From NCBI GenBank assembly GCA_030040915.1, contig JASHSI010000040.1, positions 1-40,393 of the forward strand: DNA of 40,393 nucleotides, given 5' to 3'. This DNA is from Thermoplasmata archaeon. GTDB taxonomy: Archaea; Thermoplasmatota; Thermoplasmata; Lutacidiplasmatales; UBA184. Shown piece by piece: positions 1-9,700 of this stretch (position 1 is the first letter of the stretch; the number at the start of each line of letters is the position of its first letter). Made by a program: the position numbers and the translations under genes. The notes below the pieces were generated by a model. That model made no database searches, was not told the origin of the DNA, and saw only the letters and a program-made list of their open reading frames with translations.

Positions 1-12
1 GATGGCGCTCAT
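1..12 (-). CDS. 5' end of a downstream gene (MSAI...), probably ETF alpha subunit; runs off the window
   Basis: ATG at 12-10 overlaps the etfB TGA at 11-9 (ATGA coupling). Only 4 codons are visible, so identity rests on the usual etfB-etfA gene order. Confidence 0.4.
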
Positions 13-809
13 GGCAGGACCTTCGCCTCCTCGCCGAGGAGGCGTACGAGCTTCTCCGCGGCCTCTTCGGGCGTCTTGTACTCGATCATCCGGGCCCCCG
101 TCCGGGGGGCCGGGAGCCGGAAAGCGAGGGGCCGGACGAGCGCGCGGTCTCCCGCGGCGGCGAGCGCGGCCTCGACCTTGGCCCGCCCGATCCGGCCGAT
201 CGGGGCCTTGCGCGACTTGAGGATCATCGGGAGCTTGGCAGTTCGCGGGTCGTTCTTCGCCTCCTGGAGGCCGATCACCACCGGTCCGGCCGATCCGATC
301 GAGGTGCGCCCCGATTCCGAGACGACGGCGAACTCGAAGCGGCGCTCGCCGGGGTTCCAGGCGAGGGAGACGACGGGGGAGAACTCCGGAACTCCGAGGA
401 TCTCGCCGAGGATGGACGGGACGACCCCGGATTGCTCGTCCTGGGACTGTTTCCCGGTGAGGACGAGGTCCGGGTGACCCATCTGGACGGCGAGCGCGAG
501 GGCCCGCGCCACCGCGACCGGGTCATGGGAGATCCCCGGTGGCGCCTCGACGGCGGTGGCCGTGTCCACCCCGAGCGCCAGGGCCGAGCGCAGGACCTCC
601 TCGACCCGCGGGAGCGGGCCGAGGCCGATCGCCTGGACGGTCGAGCCCGAGTTCGCCTCCTTGAGGAGCAGCGCCTGCTCGACGGCCGACTCGTCGTAGC
701 CGGCGAGGACGAACTTGACCCCCTCCGTCTCGGCGACCGTCCCCGACGCGTCGGGCCGCAGCCGCGTCTCCGATTCCGGGACCGGCTTGACGAGGACCGC
801 GATCTCCAT
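9..809 (-). CDS. etfB: Electron transfer flavoprotein beta subunit
   Basis: N-terminal IAVLVKPVP, DESAVEQALLLKE, ALALGVD, DLVLTGKQSQD and NDPR motifs; lies next to an acyl-CoA dehydrogenase. Confidence 0.92.
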   Translation of the reverse strand: MEIAVLVKPVPESETRLRPDASGTVAETEGVKFVLAGYDESAVEQALLLKEANSGSTVQAIGLGPLPRVEEVLRSALALGVDTATAVEAPPGISHDPVAVARALALAVQMGHPDLVLTGKQSQDEQSGVVPSILGEILGVPEFSPVVSLAWNPGERRFEFAVVSESGRTSIGSAGPVVIGLQEAKNDPRTAKLPMILKSRKAPIGRIGRAKVEAALAAAGDRALVRPLAFRLPAPRTGARMIEYKTPEEAAEKLVRLLGEEAKVLP

Positions 810-827
810 CGGTATCGGTCGGGCCGG

Positions 828-1976
828 CTATCGGTAGGCCTTGAGCAGCTCCTTCGCGATCACGAGGCGCTGGATCTCGTTCGCCCCCTCGTAGATCTGG
901 GCGAGCTTGGCGTCCCGAAGGAGCTTCTCCACCGGATACTCCCGCATGTAGCCGTTCCCGCCGAATATCTGGATCGCCTCGTCGGCGACGCGCATCGCGG
1001 CGTCCGAGGCGAAGCACTTCGCCATCGACGACTCGAACGTGCCCTTCCGGCCCCCGTCGATCGCCCACGCGGATTGCCAGGTCAACAGGCGCGCGGCGTG
1101 GGTCGCCATCGACATGTCCGCGAGCTTGATCTGGATCGCCTGGTGCTCGGCGATCGGGCGGCCGAACGTCACCCTTTGGAGGGCGTACGCCGCCGCGTGG
1201 TCGATCGCCGCCTGGGCGATCCCCGTCGCGAGAGCCCCGATCGGGGTCCGGGTCTGGTCGAGGGTGCGCATGGCGATCGCGAATCCCTCGCCGTCCCCCC
1301 CGAGCCGGTTCGACCTCGGCACCCGGGCCCCGTCGAACCGGACCGTGCTCGTCGCCGAGGCCCGGTGGCCCATCTTCTCCTCCTCCTTCCCCGGGACGAC
1401 CCCGGGGGTGCTCCGGGGGACGACGAACGCGTTGATCCCCTTGTGCTTGAGCGCGGGATCGCTCGTCGCGAACACCGTGTAGAGGCTCGCGAACGGGCCG
1501 TTCGTGATGAAGCACTTCTCCCCGTCGATCACGAACCCGTCGCCGTCCGGGCGCGCCCGGGTCTTGAGGGCGCCCGCGTCGCTCCCCCCCCCGGGCTCGG
1601 TGAGGCAGAAGGAGGCGAGCTGGTAGGAGGCGCAGAACGGCGATAGGATCGCCCGTTTCAGTTCCTCGGACCCCCCGAGGAGAATCGGCTCGAGGGCGAG
1701 GCAGTTCGCGATGATCGACGTCGTCATCCCGGCGCAAGCGTGGGCGAGCTCCTCGACGATGAGGCATTGCTGGAACAGGGAGAGCCCGCTCCCGCCGTAA
1801 TCGGACGGGACGTTGAGGTTCATCAGACCGAGCTCCCACGCCTTCCGGTAGATCTCCTCCGGGAAGCGGCCGACCCGGTCGCACTCCGCGGCGTGCGGGG
1901 CCATCTCGGTCCGGGCGAACTTCCGGGCGAGCTCCTGGAGGCTCTTGTCCTCCTCCGAGAGCGAGAAGTCCGCCAT
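828..1976 (-). CDS. Acyl-CoA dehydrogenase
   Basis: [47 protein letters not shown] and [10 protein letters not shown] motifs. Confidence 0.95.
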   Translation of the reverse strand: MADFSLSEEDKSLQELARKFARTEMAPHAAECDRVGRFPEEIYRKAWELGLMNLNVPSDYGGSGLSLFQQCLIVEELAHACAGMTTSIIANCLALEPILLGGSEELKRAILSPFCASYQLASFCLTEPGGGSDAGALKTRARPDGDGFVIDGEKCFITNGPFASLYTVFATSDPALKHKGINAFVVPRSTPGVVPGKEEEKMGHRASATSTVRFDGARVPRSNRLGGDGEGFAIAMRTLDQTRTPIGALATGIAQAAIDHAAAYALQRVTFGRPIAEHQAIQIKLADMSMATHAARLLTWQSAWAIDGGRKGTFESSMAKCFASDAAMRVADEAIQIFGGNGYMREYPVEKLLRDAKLAQIYEGANEIQRLVIAKELLKAYR

Positions 1977-2038
1977 GTTCCGCCGGCGCGATGGGCGTCA
2001 CCGGAATCCGATATAAGTGAATCGGGGAGTCGCCCGCA

Positions 2039-2782
2039 GTGCGTCGGAGGAACGGGCCCGCCGGCCCGCGGGGGTCCCGCGAGGTGGCGGTGGGCGCCTA
2101 CGCCCGATTCGACCGGGACCGCGCGGCGCGGACCGGGGCCCCCGAGGTGGTCCTCGGAGAGGGGAAGACCGTCGCGCATCTCGAGGGGATCGTCGCTCGG
2201 CTCGCGCGGCGCGGCCTCGGCGCGATCGTCTCCCGGCCGACCCGGCCGCAGGCGACCGCCCTCGGCCGCCTCGCGAAGCAAGGGATCCCCCTCCGCGAAC
2301 TCGCCGGGGGCCGGCTCTTCCTCCTGGACGGCCCGATCGGCGGACCGGCCCCGGGGGGGACGGTCGCCGTCCTCACGGCCGGGACGGCCGACGTCCCGGT
2401 GGCGGAGGAGGCGATCGCGCTCCTCGAGGCGGTCGGGGTCGAGGTCGCGGTCGCGCACGACGTCGGGGTCGCCGGCCTCCACCGGCTCTCCCGGGGGCTC
2501 GAGCGGATCCGCAAGCGGCGTCCGCGCCTCTACCTCGTCTTCGCGGGTCGGGAAGGAGCCCTCCCGACCGTCGTGGCGGGTCTCGTCCGGGCCCCGGTGG
2601 TCGGCGTGCCCACCTCGGTCGGGTACGGGCGGGGCGGTCGCGGGGAGGCCGCGCTCCTGGCGATGCTCCAGTCGTGCGCCCCGATCGCGGTGGTGAACAT
2701 CGACGCCGCCGTCCCGGCGGCGCTCTTCGCGCTCCAGCTCCTGGCCGCCCCCGGCCCGGGCGGACGGTCGGGGCGGTCGTAG
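2039..2782 (+). CDS. larB: Nickel-pincer cofactor biosynthesis protein LarB (PurE/AIR-carboxylase-like)
   Basis: R..RTGAPEVVLGEGKT, TAGTADVPVAEEA, DVGVAGLHRL, AGREGALPTVVAGL, VPTSVGYG, AMLQSCA and VVNID motifs. Exact start is uncertain. Confidence 0.88.
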   Translation: MRRRNGPAGPRGSREVAVGAYARFDRDRAARTGAPEVVLGEGKTVAHLEGIVARLARRGLGAIVSRPTRPQATALGRLAKQGIPLRELAGGRLFLLDGPIGGPAPGGTVAVLTAGTADVPVAEEAIALLEAVGVEVAVAHDVGVAGLHRLSRGLERIRKRRPRLYLVFAGREGALPTVVAGLVRAPVVGVPTSVGYGRGGRGEAALLAMLQSCAPIAVVNIDAAVPAALFALQLLAAPGPGGRSGRS

Positions 2783-2834
2783 CCCCTTGGGCCGCCGGGC
2801 TATCTTTTTGACGCTCGACGGTCCTAGCCCGGCG

Positions 2835-3746
2835 ATGCCGGGGCGGGCGTACCTCTCCGAAGAGGCGGAGGAGGAGGAGCGGAAGGACCGCGACCGCCTC
2901 TACGAGCTTCGCGGGAAGCTCCGCGAGCTCGTCGACAAGCGGAGGGTCCTCCTCGGGGAGTTCCACCGCCTCTCCGACGAGCAGCGGGTCCTGTACGAGG
3001 CCCGCGCCCCGAAGGAGGAGGAGGTCGAGCGGGTGCACCGCGAGTACCAGGAGCTCGGCCACGCCCTCAGCCGCGCCCGCACGGCCCGGGACGCGGCCCG
3101 CCACCAGCTCGAAGAGTCCGTCGCCGAGCTCCGGGAGTTCCAAGCGCTGAACCCCCGGGCCGAATCGTCCCGGCCCGAGGAGATCCGGCGGGAGGTCGCC
3201 GAGCTCGAGCGCCGCCAGCAGACCCAGACGCTCAGCCTGACCGACGAGAACGCCCTGATCGACCGGCTCCGGGCCCTGACGAAGCGCGCCGAGGAGGCCG
3301 AGAAGGGGAAGACCCGGGCGGAGGAGCGCGAGAAGCGGATCCACGCCCTCGAGAAGGTCGTCGCCGAGCGGCTCGCCCTGGCCCGGAAGGCCGCCGAGGA
3401 ACTGCCCCGGCTCCGCGCCGAGCGGGACCAGCGGATGCAGTCGATCCGCGGCCGGCTCGCGGCGTCCGGCGAGCTCGTTTCGCAGATCCGGGAGAAGGCG
3501 AAGGCCCGCGGCGCGGCGATGGACCGCGTGCGGACGATCAGCGCCGAGATCGACGGACTCGAGCGGGAGGCCGACCAGCTCGCGCGCAATTCCCGCCAGC
3601 GCCGGGACGAGGCCCGCCAGGCGATCGGCGCCTATCGCCAGGGGGTTCGGGCGACCGGCTCGGCCCGAGGGGCGAGCGACGCCCAGGTCGCCGACCGGCA
3701 GCTCGAGGAGCTCCTCAAGCGCGGCCGGGTCACGCTCCGGGGCTAG
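2835..3746 (+). CDS. Archaeal long coiled-coil protein (COG1340-like)
   Basis: E/R/K/A-rich heptad sequence with the QQTQTLSLTDENALI motif and an LKRGRVTL C-terminus. ATG 2835 chosen over the ORF-track TTG at 2787. Confidence 0.7.
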   Translation: MPGRAYLSEEAEEEERKDRDRLYELRGKLRELVDKRRVLLGEFHRLSDEQRVLYEARAPKEEEVERVHREYQELGHALSRARTARDAARHQLEESVAELREFQALNPRAESSRPEEIRREVAELERRQQTQTLSLTDENALIDRLRALTKRAEEAEKGKTRAEEREKRIHALEKVVAERLALARKAAEELPRLRAERDQRMQSIRGRLAASGELVSQIREKAKARGAAMDRVRTISAEIDGLEREADQLARNSRQRRDEARQAIGAYRQGVRATGSARGASDAQVADRQLEELLKRGRVTLRG

Positions 3747-3788
3747 CCGTACGGGGATGGCCCGGGGCGCCGTCTCGGCCCGATCGCG

Positions 3789-4742
3789 TTAGACCACGGC
3801 GGCGACCGGCACGTAGATGTCGATGACCGTGACCACGAAGATCAACGTCGCCCCGTCGACCTCCTGGTTGTAGTCCTCGGTGAACGTCCCGCTCGTGTAG
3901 TTGACCGCGGTGACGATGAAATCGTCCTCGGAGGTCGACGAGCACAGCCCGGTCGAGGAGGTCCCTTTGAGGTGCCCGGCCTCGGTCGGGGTGAGCTCGT
4001 TCTGCACGGTGATCATCCCGCTCCCGTTCGCCGTGGAGGTGACGTTGGTGACCTCCGCGGGCCATCCCTGTAGGTAGGTCGTATTGCCCGCCTGGGCGAG
4101 GTTCTCGATCGTCACGGAGGTCGAGTTCGCGCTCAGGATGACCGTCTTCCACCCGTAGGTGGTGTTGTCGAACGAGGCGCCGGTGGTCGCGACCACCGTC
4201 GGATACCGCTTGGTGAACACCGGGCCCGAGATCGTCTCGAACACCGGCACCTTCACCGTGAGGGGCAGGGCTTCGATGCACGCAGAGTTCACCGGGTAGC
4301 CGAGCGCCGGGGGCACGACGATCGCGTGGGACTGGTTCCCGGGGAGGCCGACGAGACCCTGCCAGAACCCCGGGATGACCTCCGAGAAGTTCACGCCGTT
4401 CAGCGTGTACTGGCCGTTCGGGGCGCTCGGCCCCACGTACACCGGGAGCGGAGCGTACTGGCTCAGCGACCCGCGAAGACTGTACTGGAGCGCCTTCGGG
4501 TAGGTCGCGTTGTCGTAGGCGACGCTCAGGAGCGAGGTGTCGAACACCTTCCCCTGTTCGGGTCCGGAACCCAGGATCCCGATGTAGTTCACCGTGATGT
4601 TGTCGCCGACGGCGACGGTCAGGGGCGTCGGGGCCGACTTGGGGCGGTTCTTCTCGTACAGGTAGGCGCCGGTCGCCCCCCCGGCGACGAGGACGATCGC
4701 CACCAGGACGACCACGGGGATGATGGAGGCCTTCTCCGGCAT
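3789..4742 (-). CDS. Membrane-anchored FKBP-type peptidyl-prolyl cis-trans isomerase
   Basis: N-terminal hydrophobic anchor; GDNITVNYIG, GKVFDTS, VIPGFWQGLVG, VPPALGY and C-terminal DYNQEVDGATLIFVVTV motifs, with a long insertion. Confidence 0.82.
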   Translation of the reverse strand: MPEKASIIPVVVLVAIVLVAGGATGAYLYEKNRPKSAPTPLTVAVGDNITVNYIGILGSGPEQGKVFDTSLLSVAYDNATYPKALQYSLRGSLSQYAPLPVYVGPSAPNGQYTLNGVNFSEVIPGFWQGLVGLPGNQSHAIVVPPALGYPVNSACIEALPLTVKVPVFETISGPVFTKRYPTVVATTGASFDNTTYGWKTVILSANSTSVTIENLAQAGNTTYLQGWPAEVTNVTSTANGSGMITVQNELTPTEAGHLKGTSSTGLCSSTSEDDFIVTAVNYTSGTFTEDYNQEVDGATLIFVVTVIDIYVPVAAVV

Positions 4743-4750
4743 GATCGGGA

Positions 4751-4814
4751 GGGGGGGTCAGCTCGTCGCGTGTCTCGTCATCGGATCGGAGAGACAGGTG
4801 CTCCTCATTCCCCC
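4751..4814 (-). ncRNA. Box C/D methylation-guide sRNA
   Basis: Minus strand reads GGGGG-A-[C: AUGAGGA 4808-4802]-12-nt guide GCACCUGUCUCU-[D': CCGA 4789-4786]-UCCG-[C': AUGACGA 4781-4775]-13-nt guide GACACGCGACGAG-[D: CUGA 4761-4758]-CCCCCCC. Terminal G/C stem and canonical archaeal spacing. Confidence 0.8.
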
Positions 4815-4833
4815 GCCCCCGACCCGGCTACCC

Positions 4834-4841
4834 ATATAAAA
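4834..4841 (-). promoter_or_regulatory. TATA box for the C/D sRNA (and probably the FKBP gene)
   Basis: TTTTATAT on the minus strand, 20 nt upstream of the sRNA 5' stem, in otherwise very GC-rich DNA. Confidence 0.65.
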
Positions 4842-4942
4842 CGGGCGGTGCCGGCCAGGCGCCGACTTCGGAAGGCGGCTACGTCGGGCCGTTCGGGGCG
4901 GCCTCCCTCCGGCCCTATTAGGGCCGGCCCGTTCCGCGGGGC

Positions 4943-6688
4943 GTGCGGGCCCAGTGGGAAATCGAGGCCGAGGCGTTCGTCGTCGCCGCGGAAGCCCGGC
5001 TCCTCGAACTGTCCATCGAGGCGTCGCGGGCGGCCTGGGTCTACGAGACGTACATCACCCCGGACACCGAGGCCCTCACCGCGCGGGCCGACGCCCGGCT
5101 CACTTCGGCCACCGTCGATCTCGCGCGGCGGGCGGCCGAGTTCGAGGGTCGGCCCCTACCCGACTCGACCTCCCGCAAGCTCCGTCTCCTGCGGCTCTCG
5201 CTCCCGCTACTCGCCCCGCCCGGCGAACGGGAGAGCGAGGAGCTCGCCCGGCTCTCGGCCTCGATGCGGGGACGGTACGCGAAGGGCCGATACCAGCCGG
5301 ATCGCGCCGGGGAGGCGCTTGACCTCAACGCGATCGGCCGCCGCATGGCGGAGAGCCGCGACCCCGTGGAGCTCGCGGCCCTGTGGACCGGATGGCACTC
5401 GGTCGGGGTCCCGATGCGCCCCGAGTTCGTCCGGTACGTCGAGCTCGCGAACGCGGGCAGCCGCGCGGTGGGGTTCGCGGACACCGGGGCGATGTGGCGC
5501 GCGAAGTACGACATGCCGCCCGAGGAGTTCGTGGCGGAGACCGAGCGCCTTTGGGCGGAAGTTCGCCCGCTCTACCGCCTCCTCCATGCCTACGTGCGAC
5601 ACCGGCTCGTCGAGCGTTACGGGGAGTCGGTTGTCCCGCGGAGCGGCCCCATCCCGGCCCACCTCCTCGGCAACATGTGGGCCCAGACCTGGGACAACCT
5701 CTACCCACTGCTCGCCCCGCCGGACGCGGACCCTGGGGTCGACCTCACCGAGATCCTTCGCCGCCGAAAGGTGGATCCTCGGGAGCTCGTTCGCATCGCC
5801 GAGCGGTTCTTCGCCTCGCTCGGATTCGAGCCGCTCCCCGCGACCTTCTGGGAGCGGTCGATGTTCGAGAAGCCCGCGGGCCGTGAGGTCCTATGCCACG
5901 CGAGCGCGTGGGACATCGACCTCGTGGACGACCTGCGGATCAAGATGTGCATCGAGATCACCGGGGAGGAGTTCCACGTCGTTCACCACGAGCTCGGACA
6001 CAACTTCTACCAGCGCGCCTACGCCCACCAACCCCTTCTCTTCCGAGACAGTGCGAACGACGGTTTCCACGAGGCCGTCGGGGACACGATCGACCTGTCC
6101 GTGACCCCCGAGTACCTCGCCCGGACCGGCTTCCTCGACGCCGTCCCGCCGCCCGACCGGGACGTGGGGCTCCTCCTCCGCAAGGCGCTCGAGAAGGTCG
6201 CCTTCCTTCCGTTCGGCCTTCTCGTCGACGGGTGGAGATGGCGGGTGTTCTCCGGGGACGTCCCGCCGGAACGGTACAACTCAACGTGGTGGGAGATGCG
6301 ACTCCGCTACCAGGGGGTGGCCCCTCCGACGCCCCGTTCCGAGGCCGACTTCGATCCCGGGGCGAAGGCGCACATCCCGTCGAGCACCCCGTACATGCGC
6401 TACTTCCTGGCGGCGATCCTCCAGTTCCAGTTCCACCGCGCCCTCGCTCGCTCGGCCGGATGGACCGGACCCCTCCACCGGTTCTCGATCTACGGGGACC
6501 GGGCCGCCGGTGCCCGCCTGCGGTCGATGTTCGAGATGGGCGCCAGCCGGCCGTGGCCGGACGCCCTCGAGGCCCTGACCGGAAGCCGCACGATGGACGC
6601 GACCGGGATCCTCGACTACTTCCGGCCGCTCATCGGGTGGCTCGAACGGGAGACGCGCGGGGTGCCAATCGGCTGGCCGGGGGAATGA
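4943..6688 (+). CDS. M2-family zinc metallopeptidase (ACE-like peptidyl-dipeptidase A)
   Basis: HHELGH zinc motif, GFHEAVGD, PAHLLGNMWAQTW, CHASAWD, FDPGAKAH and PYMRYF motifs. Confidence 0.93.
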   Translation: MRAQWEIEAEAFVVAAEARLLELSIEASRAAWVYETYITPDTEALTARADARLTSATVDLARRAAEFEGRPLPDSTSRKLRLLRLSLPLLAPPGERESEELARLSASMRGRYAKGRYQPDRAGEALDLNAIGRRMAESRDPVELAALWTGWHSVGVPMRPEFVRYVELANAGSRAVGFADTGAMWRAKYDMPPEEFVAETERLWAEVRPLYRLLHAYVRHRLVERYGESVVPRSGPIPAHLLGNMWAQTWDNLYPLLAPPDADPGVDLTEILRRRKVDPRELVRIAERFFASLGFEPLPATFWERSMFEKPAGREVLCHASAWDIDLVDDLRIKMCIEITGEEFHVVHHELGHNFYQRAYAHQPLLFRDSANDGFHEAVGDTIDLSVTPEYLARTGFLDAVPPPDRDVGLLLRKALEKVAFLPFGLLVDGWRWRVFSGDVPPERYNSTWWEMRLRYQGVAPPTPRSEADFDPGAKAHIPSSTPYMRYFLAAILQFQFHRALARSAGWTGPLHRFSIYGDRAAGARLRSMFEMGASRPWPDALEALTGSRTMDATGILDYFRPLIGWLERETRGVPIGWPGE

Positions 6689-6775
6689 GCCCGCCGAGAC
6701 CCCTGCCCTCCCGAATTCGCGGAGCGACAAAGGAGATGAGGGGCCGCCCCCCTTGATTCCCGGCGTCGGGGCGGA

Positions 6776-9700
6776 ATGGTCGGGGCAAAGGTCGCGGTCC
6801 GGACGGCGCTCGTGACCGCGCTCCTCGTTACCTCGGCGTTCGGACTCGCGGCCCCAGCGGCGCGTTCCGCCCCCGTCCCTTGGATTCTCCCCGTGGCCGG
6901 ACCAACGTCCGGCTCCGCCGGCCACGAGCCGATGGTAGCGCCCGACCGGTCCTTCGAGCCCGGTCCGCCGTACTGGCTCGGGGGTCCGACCGACCCCGCG
7001 TCGGGCCGCAGGCTCGCCCCGGGGGGCCTGACGGTGGACCCGTTCGGTTACTATTCGAGCGAACCGGCACCGGTCGGGGTGGGCGACTTCGGGATCAGCT
7101 CGACCGGCGCCGCCTACACCTACAACACCACCCGCTTCCTCGCGACGGCCCATTTTGGGAGCTGGAACGCGGGCCCGGCGAACGTGTCGACCGGGAACGG
7201 GAACTTTACCACGATCCAGCTCAACGTCGTGGTCGTTCTGACCCACGGGAAGGCGTCGGCCGACTACTGGATCCAGGACGTCCCGTTCTACAACACCTCG
7301 AGCCACTTCATCACCTTCGAGGACAACGTCTGGAACTTCTCCGGATCGAGCAACCACCTCCCCTCCCGGTCGGTCGTCGGGAACGGGACGATCTACGGGG
7401 GGGAGTACTACGCCGACGGCGCCGCCTCGGGCCTACCGGGAAACGGGGTGGCCCTGCGCTCCCCCGCGAACGTTTCCGCCGAGGTCGTGGCGAGCGACGT
7501 TCGGGGCCTCCCGTACGTGGCGTTCCTCTACAACGACGGGTACGGCTGGGTCACCTACGACAACGTCACCTTCCCGTGGACCTCCGGGTGGACCCTCCGC
7601 GGTTTCCAGGTGAACGGCTCCTCCCTGAACCCGTTCGGCCTGTTCAACGACGCCGAGTGGGTGATCGGCGGCCCGGGCGGTGGCTCGGGGATCATCGACG
7701 AGTCGTCGAACTTCACGATGGACCTCGAGTACTACAACGGCCACAACTTCGAGGCGGTCCCGAACGCCTACGACTTCGGCTCCGATACGGCGGAGAACAC
7801 GGCGAACGTCGTCGCCTCGACCGCGACGGCGGTCGACCCGTTCGGCACCCCCGGCGGGCGCTACGTCGGCGGCTCCGGCACGTTGCACGCGCTCTACGGT
7901 TACAAGAACCAATCGATCGTGAACGTCACCGCGGAGATTGGGAACGCGACCCTCCTCGTCAATGGCTCGTCGGTCCCGTACCGCGGGCTGGACGCGAACC
8001 TCACGCTCGTCCCGGGAACCTATCGCCTCACCGATACGAACGGCACGCCCGCCGATTCGGCCAAGACGGTGCTCGTCCAGGCCGGGCAATACACCGCCGT
8101 CTCCTTCGGCGTCCTTTCCGTCGAACCGGCCAGCGGCCGCAGCGACACCACCGCGACCGCGCAGGCGAGCTCGTTCACTCCGGGCTCGACGCTTTCGATC
8201 ACATGGGGCACGAACAACGCGTCGTTGTGCTCCGGCACCGTCCCCCCCAACGGGTCCTACTCCTGCACCTTCGATGTCCCCCTGACCGCCAACGGAACGT
8301 ACGAGGTGACCGCCCACGAGGACGACCCGGGTCAGGAGACGGCGGTCGAGCCGTTCCTCGTGACCACGAACCTCACGCTCACGCTCGCCGCGGATCGGGA
8401 CCTGACGGACGCAGGCGGCACCGTCGAGTTCTGGGCGAACGCCTCGCTCGGATACCCCCCGTACGCGAGCTACCGCTGGGTGTTCGGCAGCGATGGGAGC
8501 GCGACCACCTCTACGGGGAGGACGAACCACACCTTCGGCGAAGCGGGGGACTATGAGGTGAACGTCACCGTCACGGATCAGATCGGAGATCTCGTGAGCG
8601 CGGCGGCGGGGGTCGTGGTGAACCCCGACCCGACGGTCGGTCAACCCACCGCCTCCCGTTCGAGCGCCGATGTCGGCCAATCGGTTGACTTCTCGTCCCT
8701 CGCATCGGGGGGGAGCGGCGGCTACACGTACGCGTGGAGCGGACTACCGGTGGGCTGCGCGACGGACGGTCCCACCGCCACGTGCCCGGAACTCACCGGG
8801 GTGGGCAACTACTCGGTCGCGGTGGCCGTCAATGACACCGAGGGGTTCGAGGCGCGCTCCCCCGCGACGGTCTTCCGGGTCTTCGCCGCGCCCACCCTCC
8901 TCGGGATCGACAACCTGGAGCCCTACACCGACGCGGGCCAGGACGTCGTGCTCGCCGCCGAGGTCTCGAACGGGTCGGGCCGGTTCACCTTCAATTGGAG
9001 CGGGTTGCCGAGCGGGTGCGCCCCGAAGACATCGACCGCGGAGGTCTCCTGCGCGGCGACGAACCCCGGTACGCTCGACGTGACGGTCCGCGCGACCGAC
9101 TCGAACGGGATCACGACCGGGTCCGCCAACCTGTCGGTCACCGTCTATCCGGTGCCGCAGGTCACCGTGAGCGCGGACCGGCCCGGAACGGCCGACGCCG
9201 GTCAGTACGCCCGGTTCGAGGCGGGGGTGACGAACGGCTCCGGTGGGTTCTCGTACATCTGGGCGGGGCTCCCGCCGGGATGCGCGACCGAGAACTCCGC
9301 CTCGCTCACGTGCCTGATGAACGTGGTGGGCCCGTTCACGGTCCGGGCCTACGTGACCGACCGGAGCGGGACGGAATCGCAGGGCGACCTCCCGTTCACC
9401 GTCGACCCGACCCTCGTGCTTGGATGGGTGACCCCGCCGCCGGCGGGGGACGACGTCGGGGGGACGATCCCCCTCGCCGTCGAGGCGACCGGGGGGCTCC
9501 CGACCTACGCCTACAATTGGTCCGGGCTCCCGGGCGGCTGCGTGGCCGCGGACGAACCGACGCTGACGACCTGCACGCCCGAGACGGCGGGAACCTACAC
9601 CGTGAACGTTACCGCCGAGGACGCGAACGGGTTCGTCGCGACGACGGCCTCGGTCGAAATGACGGTCCACGCGCTCCCCGCCGTCGCCGCGATCTCCGCC

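Noticed and set aside
4758-4808. 16-codon uORF (MRSTCLSDPMTRHATS) upstream of the FKBP gene
   Set aside because: Its ATG and TGA are the C and D boxes of the sRNA, so the RNA explanation is more parsimonious.
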